A stretch of DNA of 64,000 nucleotides. Origin: Macrostomum hystrix. Its lineage: Eukaryota; Animalia; Platyhelminthes. The translations under genes were made by a program, and so were the position numbers. Shown one piece after another: positions 49,313 to 59,500 of the stretch. Location: contig CATNEN010000034.1 of the NCBI GenBank assembly GCA_950097015.1, forward strand, positions 1,984,001 through 2,048,000, read 5' to 3'. Every line of letters begins with the position of its first letter. The first letter of the stretch is position 1. The notes below the pieces were generated by a model, which saw only the letters and a program-made list of their open reading frames with translations, did not search any database and had not been told where the DNA came from.

Positions 49313-49765
49313 ATGGCAACAGCAGCAGCAGCGGCGGTAGCGCAAAGCACTTTGGTGTACTTTTTGCGAATGGCCTCTGAAACTCTAGCAACCATAGCTG
49401 CCTTTCTGCTGTCTGGATGGCCTCTGAAACAGCAGATGCAGCAGCCTTCGGGTCCTGGCAAGACTGTTCGGTTCTCCCTCGCCTCGCCGCAGGTGTTACA
49501 CTTTCACGCCGGCCAGTCGCCCGGGCTGGAGTACTGGGCTCGCGGCCGGCACCGCTACTGCAAGGATTGGCGACACACGGCTGTGAAGGCCGCGGCTAAA
49601 CTGCACCTGCAGTGTCCGCCGCCGCTGCTCCACTGCCGGCGGAAGTCGCGCCTAGCGTCATGGGCGACTTTGAGAGGCCTGGGCGCGGCGGCATGGAGGG
49701 TGGCTTCTAGTTGGTTGCTATGGCAACAGCTTGACAACAGGTCATCCGCAGATGAAGCGTGTTAA
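49313..49765 (+). CDS. Hypothetical 150-aa protein with RVxF (KTVRF) and a PPP1R15/DP71L-like ARxRxRY motif
   Basis: Strong Kozak (aaactATGG) just after a pyrimidine tract + cag acceptor; N-terminal hydrophobic helix; KTVRFS..VLHF..EYWARGRHRY. Confidence 0.5.
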   Translation: MATAAAAAVAQSTLVYFLRMASETLATIAAFLLSGWPLKQQMQQPSGPGKTVRFSLASPQVLHFHAGQSPGLEYWARGRHRYCKDWRHTAVKAAAKLHLQCPPPLLHCRRKSRLASWATLRGLGAAAWRVASSWLLWQQLDNRSSADEAC

Positions 49766-51411
49766 TCGTCAGTTTTCTTAGACTGAAATATATTTTTCGC
49801 TAAGCGATGCTTGAATGCTTGGATTGATGTACGCTTCTGTGAGATCTAAGCTTTCAGAACCTTTGCACTGACTGCATGCCAAATCTGTATTGATTGCTAT
49901 TAAGGACAATTAACTCCCAGGTTGGGCTGTTAGACTAAGGAACAATGAGCCAATGAACTAAAGGACCAATGGACTAAGGGACTAATAGATTAATTGACTA
50001 AGGGAAATTATAAAGAATACAAATTAACTTAGGAATATTGACCAGACAGCTGCTGTTCAATTTTAAAAGCGCACGCACGTGTTATATATGAGTTTGTCAT
50101 TTTTTATTAATATAGACCGATTTAACTTTTTTTGAGAAACCTCACAGCAGAATTTCATCTTGTTCTGTCAAAGCCTTTTTCTTATATAAAAAAAAATTGC
50201 CATGAAATAGAAAGACAATATTTTCACTGCCGCACTACTCATTACAAGTAGAAATGTTTGCGCATTTTTTCGATATTAACAATCGAAATATGAAAATCGG
50301 TTGAGTCGTTTGGTTAAACCAAAATTTGCTTTAATTAAAAAAAAGATAAAAAGTGGGTATATGAGAACCCCCTTTGTGGTCTTTCTACTGTTAAGGCCTG
50401 ACCCCATGTCTCTATTGTGCCTTATTTCTTGGGCCGCATCATTCCATTCTGGCCCTTGAACTTGAGCTTGACCAAAAAAGCCAGGTCGCTTATCGGGTCT
50501 TTGTCTCGGGTCTTGACTGCCTTCCTGTACACCTAATCCGGTTGTGGCGCCCCTACCATGGATATTTGAAGCGGATGTAACCTAAACATTTAGTTCATAG
50601 AACACCAGCGGAATATGGCATACCAATCTCTGCTCTTCACTTCCAATCATCACAACATTCTATGCGCGACTTCGCTCAGGACTCTGAGTAGTACGATAAA
50701 AAATACCTAGACATTTGGACCTACCAGCTAGTTGTTGAGGCCAGACCGTTCAGCATGCTTCAAGACATTGTTGGGCCTGCTATGTGCCGACTGGGACTCG
50801 AAAGCCGAGTCGACATTCCCTTCACAACCGGCTACTTCGCTGACGACAAACGGAAGGGGGGGCAAAGGCGCTCCAGGCGGAGCGAAAGGTGAGAAATAGA
50901 AAATTAAGAAAATTAGACAGAGGTATTTCCCTCTGTCGATCGACATCGATTGATTTAGAACAAATCCATAAATTCAAGGGTGACTAACGGATAATAAATA
51001 ACGATAATAACGACCCTCGTAACGCTCTCTAAACGTTTTAAGCCCTTAAACTCAAGATCCCTCGCTTAGAGAATGCTTTGTTTTTATTATTTTATTTTCA
51101 GCTCTAGTAGAAATTATTGATTTGCGGATAAAAAGCTATCAAAATTGTAAATGTGAAAACGTGAAAAGTTCCTATCTTGCAAGTGCATTTCTCCGTGATA
51201 ATCAGGGTTTAATTAGTTTTCCAAGAAACTACGTGTCCCTTCTCCTTCTTCTAGCGGTCCGTGGTCAATCTTTGCAGCTTTCGTCTATGGGCGTAGCGCA
51301 TAGAATGAGCAAGTGCAGTGGGCATAGCAGCAGGGATACTCTCTCAAATCCTTAGCTTCAGGGCGAAAATCTGACATTTTTAACTCATCAAACAGTAGAA
51401 ACTTGTGCAAA

Positions 51412-54400
51412 ATGTTCAAACGGCATCTCACCAGCACTGAAACACGGAGAATGCTGAGCGGTCGCTGCGGCACTACCGATAGTCGGATTGTTGACTCGGC
51501 TGAAATGACAGTGTCCGACACCAGAAAGTGAGTTCGGCTCAGCTCTGGCAGGGCTAACCAACTAAAATGCGTCAGAATTTTGGTCTCAAATTTACTTACA
51601 CTGATTAGGCGATGATAATAATAATAGTAATGTTAATAATAATTGCGAGAGGGTTAGGATTAGGGCAATAGCAGATCATTTGGTGACACTAGACTCGCAG
51701 CCAGCGAGGAGACAATTCAGCCCATTTTGCTGACTCCTGAGCAGATATTGCAGATCCTGAAGAGATGCTGTTCAGAGGGACACACTCACACAGGTGTAAA
51801 TTGCATTTCAAGCCTCAATATTTCTCTCCGCGGCTGCGCCCCAAGTGTATGTGGCCTCGCCGCGGAATCGAGCTCAGGGACCTTGGCGCGAGAGGCATAC
51901 GTGTCAACCAGTCTGCCACTCACCCCCAAAATTATGCGATACAATGTAACACATAATTTTTTTGAGGGCAAAATCTCTTTAAAGATCTTATCGTTATCAT
52001 TCTATTCTAACTGGCATTTCCCATTTCAACCGAGCAGCAAAGCTGCATCTGCATCTCAAAAGAAGCTGTCTGGAACCTCTAATTTATGGATGAAAAGGCC
52101 GACACAGGCCCTCTACCACGGTGGTAACGGCGCTGCTGATGAGGAGCCCATATTCATGCCGTCGCTCCTGCCTAATAAGACGCGAAACTCCGCAACGCTG
52201 GCAACATTAAAGATGTGCTCTCGCGCCTCTGGTATCTGGATGAAAAGGCCAACACAAGAGTCTCAATTGAATACCTGCGACAGTGACAGCGATGCTGACC
52301 AAGACAAGCCTAAATTCGAGTCATCTCACTGCGAGGAATCCTCATGGACTCCCACTGAGATGAAATGCCGCGCCAAGGCTCACACGCGGCCTGATCTGCA
52401 GACCAACAACAGCAAGAAGGTCCACCCAAGTGCCACTGGCACCAGCGACAGCAGTCACGACAGCAGCAGTGGCAGTGTGCCGATCTGTTCACCATCGAGT
52501 AGCAACCTGACGGGTTCTGACTATGAGGTCGTATCGGAATTCAGCGACGCTTACAGTGAGCCGTTTGAAATTATATCCAATTCGTTTACCTGACTGTTTG
52601 AAAACATCGAGCATAAGTAGATTTATGAAAGCTTTTTAGACTAGGCATTCTGGTTGCTGTTCTATTTTTTATCAGCCCACCACCTGTATTACCTTTTTTA
52701 GGCCAGGCAAACACAAGCGCAGTCGCCAAAGGTGAGAATTTCACATATATTTTACTTATTTTACTATATTCTAATATATAAGTTTTACTATTTGACTGTC
52801 ATGCCTGTGCATGTACTTTTAGGCGCCGACGCGATGGTCAAGAATTCGCTTTCGCGACCTACGGAAATCATTGACACATCGAAGCTAGTTGAGGAGGGAA
52901 GGGTGTCCACGGGGTACTTGGATGAAGAGGAGATTTACGAGGAGCAGGGTGAGAATCATACTTTACTCCTGAGTTTGATTTTAGCGGAAAGATTCTCAAA
53001 AAGTGCAGCACTACACCTGCCCCTATTAGATCCACAAATGATTGAAGAATACGAGAAAAACTTTGCCTATGCAAGGCGACTTCGCCAGCTGTTGAACATG
53101 AAGTTCAAGGAGCTGGACAGATCTGGCATTGAAACTAACTTCCAGCTGGTGAAGGCCCACGAGCATCCAACTCAGCGTATGATCGATCGCTGGAGAAATG
53201 TCGACTATGGCATCTCCTACAACGACCAAGTGCTGCGGCAGAAGCAGATTGACGACTATCGGAACATCAAAAAGACGGACAAAAAGGGAATGGTCGCCGA
53301 GCCGATCTACCCGGACCTCATCCGATTCAGCGTGCGCTTCCGGAAGGACAATTCTGAGAAGCGCTGGACGGACTTTATAGCCTTCAGACAAAAACAGAAG
53401 CCAAGCAATAACAAGGGCTTAGGGCCGGTACCCAAGGTTAGCTTGCTTGCTAAGTTCGCCCAGGCGTGTTTGATTAAATAGAATAGAGATCTCACACATC
53501 ATCCTAAATAGCCATAGAGATCTAGTTTTATAAATTCATGTCGATGCGACACGATTTGTGTCCTCAACCAAGACAGGTCCCCATTGTTTGCGTAGCTCAG
53601 GGGTCGATAAATTTATTAGCGTGCGGGCCACAGAGAGAACCTAAAAGACGACAGCGGGCCGCATCAACTATAGGAATATGAGAAAGGAAAGAGATGAGAC
53701 ACAGGAGAGATGAGATAGGGGAAAGATGAGACAGTCTAGAGATGAGACAGAGAAGAGACGAGACAGGGGAGAGATCAGACAGGGGAGAGATCAGACAGGG
53801 GAGTGATGGGACAGGGGAGTGATGGGACAGGGGAGAGATGAGACAGGGGAGAGATGAGACTGTCTAGAGATGAGACAGGGAGAGATGAGACCGAGGAGAG
53901 ATGAGACAGGATACTATAGGTTTTGGAAGGGGGGGCAACGGGACAGATTTGGGAGCTTCGAGGGTCGTATCTGGCCTGCAGGCCCCTGCTGTAGCTCTGC
54001 CAGCTATAAAATGGGTTTCAGCATCTCGCTGAACCAGCAATTCCGATGTTTGCGCTTAGATTGAGAAAGGCAAGACAGCCCCTACTTTGCATGCAGAGGG
54101 GCATTAGAGTTAGGATCCATGAAATTCTAAGACATTTTTAGCACATTGTAAGCTTCTTGGTCTCCATTTCAGCTCAGTGACAAGTACCTGTTCGCATTTC
54201 AAGACGTCTGGTCCTACAACGTGGTGGTGTTCGTTAAGCCTGGTGCTAGCTTAAGGGAAATTGTAGACCCCGTGTTTGCGCGCCTGGGCCTCGAGCGTCG
54301 GGCAGACTTCGTCTACACCATCGGCTGCTTCAAATATGACAAACGCACTGGCAAAGCTAAAATTCCGGGCGTTCCAAGCGGTGAGATTTCTGGCTTGTTT

Positions 54401-55426
54401 AATTGCTGAATGCTACACGAGTTTCAGAGTCGCCTAGCAGTCTACCACCATAATAAAATATGAAAGAAAAAAAATAATTGCAGGAGGGCTGCGGGCAATG
54501 GCACATCATTTGGTGACACTAGACCCGCAGCCAGCGAGGAGGCAATTCTGCCCATTTTGCTGACTCCTCAGCACACATGCACACAGATACTGTACACAGG
54601 CAAACGCTCACACAGGTGTGTACATCTGTCCTGGCTTTCTCATCGTAAGGCAGTGTACATTTCACTATGCCTTGGAGGTTGGCCCTCAAGGGCGTAAATT
54701 GCACTACAAGCCCCCAAGCCTTCTCACTGCGGCTGCGCCACAAATGAATATGGTCCTCGCCGCGGAATCGAGCTCAGGGACCTTGGTGCGAGAGGCAAAC
54801 GCGTTGGACCGCTCTTACACTATTCTCTACCACCCTTCCCTTAAAAAATCTTGAAAATCACAGGGCTGATAAAAATTCTAAGAACTATCACAACGCCAGC
54901 AAAGTATCTCTGGAAAAACTCTCCTTAACAAATCAAAAACGATCCAAATCAGCTCTTGCCAATTCTCGCCGCAGTTCCGGAACCGGTGGAGCTCTACAAA
55001 ACTGCCAGCGAGCTCTACAGGTCTAACTGCACTGAGATCTACGTGAATGACAACCGCTGCGAGATGTTCACCCTCTTCCCCTCGTACTACAATAAGAATC
55101 TGGCCGACAATGAAGAGCCGGAAACTGAAAAGAAGAAGGAAATAGTGGAAGACGAAGAGGAAAAAGACAAGAAAGCGAAGTCAGAGCTGGATGCCAACGC
55201 CAACAATAACAACGAATTCGACCCCTCAAAAGACGAGTCAGTAGCGTCGATGTCAAACTTAGCTTCGGCTTCGTGTTTCCTTCTAGAGGAGGCCGATGCC
55301 TTTGAGGCTTTGGCGTCCGCGACGGCGCCGTTCAGGTCAAAAACAAGGACCAGAGCAGCTCCGATCACGTCCTCTTCGACGTCACTGCTTTCGATTCCGG
55401 GAACATCGGTGCCTGAGTGCCATTGA
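51412..55426 (+). CDS. Unknown protein, 7 exons, ~618 aa, with Raf-RBD/ubiquitin-like domain and acidic tail
   Basis: Exons 51412-51527, 52038-52555, 52702-52731, 52823-52948, 53030-53436, 54173-54380, 54975-55426; all GT-AG with consistent phases (1857 nt). VFVKPGASLREIVDPVFARLGL...VYTI...PVELYKTASEL...TEIYV fits a beta-grasp RBD pattern. The 5' three exons are less certain than the 3' four. Confidence 0.62.
51620..51905 (-). mobile_element. SINE family B, internally deleted copy
   Basis: ggtgacactagactcgcagccagcgagg...ctccgcggctgcgcccc...ggaatcgagctcagggaccttgg; lies in intron 1 of the RBD-like gene. Confidence 0.75.
53598..53988. mobile_element. Non-autonomous hAT-like element (MITE) with internal GAGA(T)GAGACAGGG expansion
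   Basis: CAGGGG...CCCCTG termini, subterminal gcgggcc motifs, 8-bp flanks gcgtagct/ctgtagct (6/8), homologous to 60583-60798. Confidence 0.65.
54470..54810 (-). mobile_element. SINE family B, near full length
   Basis: Colinear with 20645-21005; intronic in the RBD-like gene. Confidence 0.85.
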
Positions 55427-56522
55427 GGAGTCCCCTTGCGGTGACTTGAAGTCTGGACTTTCAGAATGGGTCGAAACATTGCAACTCATGCCTAGGTACT
55501 GCCGCAGTTTATTATCTCTAGCTTCTGCTCAAGTCTGCTTAGTTTTCTAGCTCTCATTAGTGCCTACTTTTGCCTATTTTTATGTTTTGTATTTATCCTT
55601 TGAACTTTCTTTGAAGGACATTATTGATCTAATTTGTATATTTTTTTGCATCCTTTGAACCGAATTCCATAGAAAAACTACAAACTATGCGTATGGAGAG
55701 CAATAATAACATTCACTAGAGTAAAATCCTACGCCTCTCGATGTTGTGCATTTTTTTGCTTTAAAAAGCAGCGTCTTGTCCATCTGAATCTGTGACGGAG
55801 CCTCCATCAACTGTTGCATTATTTTTTCGAACTTCAAGAAAACTTTAAAGTACATCCAATCCATGCAGTTTTTCTTCGGCCTATCAAACAAGCCGTGAGG
55901 GCATTGTCTGAGACTTACGATAGACCTGCGTTTGAGTTGATTTTTTTCTAATAATTAGCATGAGTGATCTGTCACTTAGACGTTTTGATAGTTTTATAGC
56001 ATGAAATTGAAATTTTTAATTCACAGATTACAACGGGCGATACAGCAGACACACTGATAAATCTTTGTGCACACTGCGGCCTGTAGCCTCAAGTTGTTAG
56101 GCTCCGGCTTGCGTACATTTCAGCGCGTTAGCTGCTCGTGCGATTTCAATAGCGGCGCACGTTTTAAGGGGCCACGTGTAGGTTCAAGAAAAATTCTACT
56201 TAGACCTCTTGCAGAAGAGAAAGAGAGACAGAAGAGGCACAGTGGAGAGTACAGCAAGCATATCTGATCCGATTTCGTCAGTCCAACTACTGGACACAAG
56301 AGTGTCGCAAGCTAATGTACAAGGCATGGCAACAGCTGTGCCAGCGTTGACCATGAAGGATTATGATTTGCAAAAAAATAATTCCTAGACTCAAAACGCA
56401 AGATTAGCAGCCCAATCGTTATGAGGCCAGTTCCTAATGTATAGAAAACAGTTGTAGGTTGAGGAAGTTGAGAAATCACCATTCGTGTTGATGAGCAATA
56501 TCGGCGCACAGCTGTATAAGCT

Positions 56523-59500
56523 ATGAAGAAACTAGGCGTCATAGTTTGCTGGTCTCTGGTTGCAATTTTTGCTCCAGTCTTAGCTTCGCAGAGCAGCAGC
56601 ATCAACCTGCTGGAACCGGCGCCCAAGGTGCTTCAGCACGGCACTCAGGTCACTCTACTAGTGGCTTGCCGTCAACCAGCTCGTCAGACTGTCCGACTTC
56701 AGGCGACGATTGTCATTCGTGGACGCCAACGCCTGCTATCCGACACCCGACTGGCTTGCCCATCGGCTGGTCGGACGGCGTTGAATGCAACACTGCAACT
56801 GCCTGTCCGCTATCGCTGCTATCGGCATTCAGCTCTGCTCTCTGGCGCATATTCGCAAACTGGAGGAGCCCGACTCAGGGCGTGGCTGGCTGAGCCGGAG
56901 AAGGACAGCTTCCAGCTGGCGACAGCGCGTCTGGTGCGGGCGACCGCTCTGCCGCAGTACTGGGAGCTGCCAGCTCGCTGCGACAGTGGAACAACTGACC
57001 TCTGTGCCAGCGAGGAGATGTTTCAGGACGGCTGCTTGTCCTGGAGTAGGGGCATTCTGGACGCTAGACAAGATCGAAGAGCCGATGAACGGGCTTGTAG
57101 AGCTGAGAAAGGTTTGACGCGTTATTGGTTTATTTGGTTGTTTGTTTGTTTGTTTGTTTGTTTGTTTGTTTGTTTGTTTGGCGCAGTTAATATCCTTTCC
57201 ATCTCCATCATCTAACGAGCATAAATAAAAACGAGGTTGTAGCCTAGTGGTTAGGGCGTCGGACTCACGACTTGAAGGTCGGGGGTTCGATTCCTGACTC
57301 CACTGGAACAATTTGTGTCCTTTAGCAAGACACTTAACTCTGCATTGCTTCAGTTCACCCAGCCGTTAAATGGATACCAGCATTATCTGGGATGATTGAG
57401 GGTGGGTGTGGCGTCCCCCCCAGTCCATGGACTGATCAGCCGTACGCAGCCTTCAGATGCGCCGCGCAATAGCTGCGGCTGTGCTGTCGGCTGCACATCT
57501 GGGCCAATCGGACAGGTGTTATTAATGAAAACTAAATAAAATAAATAAAAGTAATTATTCTTTAAGTCTACTTCGCCCCCATTTGCAAACAGAGCGACTG
57601 CATCTTCACGACTTTCCACTAGCTGTACACGGCGACATAGGCATACTGACGCATCTAGAGCCGGTCAAGGAGGCCGAGCTGCTTAGTCTCTGGGCCAGCA
57701 ATGGAGGCAGCGGAGTGTGAGTGGACTCTTCCGGGTGAAACCCAGCGTTTTTCTCGGGTTGCTGAAACTGAAATAATAACTAAGGGTAGTTAGCCTCTCC
57801 AAGTTGCCGGGAAGATTTGGATTTGGATGACAGGACGGCTTGAGTACGGGTCTTCTCAACTATCTTACATTAAATTTTTATGAGGCGAATTTTATTATAT
57901 ATACCACTCAACTCGAACTTAAAAACCCAGCTTTACGCTGTCAACCTGGATCTTCCTGGAGAAACCGTGCCAATCCAGCTGGTGCAATGTGCTGATGGGC
58001 ATTGACAACAATGACAAGCACTGCTCGCCTGGACTGCTGGTGACTAAACAGAACCGGATCCACTATCAGGGCTTCTATTCCAACGACAATGGATCACATG
58101 GCGCTGCTTTTCTAAGCGACTTCCGGTTGCCAATGCACACCTGGATGCGCATTCTGATGATTTGGCAACCTCACATGGTTTGTTAAGCTAAGCATTCAGC
58201 AAAACAAGCATACAAAAAATATATCATATCGATCGCGACATGTTTTTAGATTCAAATTGGAGTGTACGATACTACGGATAAGGCCATGTTTAAACCTATT
58301 GTGCATAGGTATGTAAGAAATATGCGCTTTTGTCCATCAATAAATTCAATAAACTCTTGAACTTAAACTTAAACTCAGCTGATTGGTCAGCTGACTCCCT
58401 CCATGACCATTCTGTCCCTTTCCTCGCCTATAATTGGTCAGCTGACTCCTCGAATGACCGTTCTGACTCTTTCCTAGCCTCTGATTGGTCAGCTGGTTAT
58501 CTTTATTTTATTATATTAAACGATCGATACATAGACAATTCGTATGAACACAGATGGGAGACTCCTGTGCACTACAAGGACGCCGAGCTGTCGTTACTGA
58601 TTGGCGGCTACAGCCAGATGCCCGGCATCAGCGGCTACATCGCCCAGACGGTGCTGTTCCGCGGTCGGGCTCTCGTCCCACTGACGCCAAAGTGGATGCC
58701 CGGGCCGCCAGACTTCCTGGTCCGCAGCAACTGGATGAGGCCCCGCCTGAGCAGCTACTGCCAGAGACTTGTCGCCAGGCTGGAGTCGGGGCAGCAACAG
58801 CGGGTTCTGGCCTTACAGACAAGAGGTTTATTTTGTTGTCTGACCTTGATTGTACTTTCCTGAAGTAGGTAGTTTTAATGCTAAATAAATCGCTTTCTGC
58901 CACCCCAAACAGACACCTGCCAATCCTGGGGCGCATTCATAGTCCGTCTGTCGCAATCGCGCGCCCAACAACAACGCCGAGACGTCTGTCAGCGACGCGC
59001 CGCCGCGCCAGGCAGCAGCAGCGACGAAGTCGGGCGCGGTCGGCGACTGGCCGAACAGCTGATGGATCGGCGGCTTCGATCGCTGCCGCTATCTAGCCGC
59101 CCCGGGCTGGAGTCGCCACAGCGACTGGGGGCCGAGACAAAACAGCAACTGGCGCAGTTGGCCTATCAGCTGGCTGTCAAGCTCATGCAGGTGAGTAGAA
59201 AGGACTGCTGCTGTATTTTTAAACATTTATTCTGTCCTAAAACACAGTCAGTGGGTGTCACTCCCTCCAGTCCATTCAGTGGGTGTCACTCCCTCCAGTC
59301 CATTCATTGGGTGTCACTCCCTCCAGTCCATTCAGTGGGTGTCACTCCCTCCAGTCCATTCAGTGGGTGTCACTCCCTCCAGTCCATTCAGTGGGTGTCA
59401 CTCCCTCCAGTCCATTCAGTGGGTGTCACTCCCTCCAGTCCATTCAGTGGGTGTCACTCCCTCCAGTCCATTCAGTGGCTGTCACTCCCTCCAGTCCATT

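Noticed and set aside
49186-49461. Minus-strand Cys-rich ORF (PGPEGCCICC)
   Set aside because: No ATG and an upstream in-frame stop; the plus-strand ORF has Kozak, acceptor and motif support.
51727-52034. 5' part of ORF 51727-52593
   Set aside because: Made of a SINE-B remnant inside an intron.
57235-57305. tRNA gene
   Set aside because: A and B boxes present but anticodon stem does not pair and the sequence continues into a multi-copy SINE body; same reasoning for 19340, 21590-21680 and 15690-15745.
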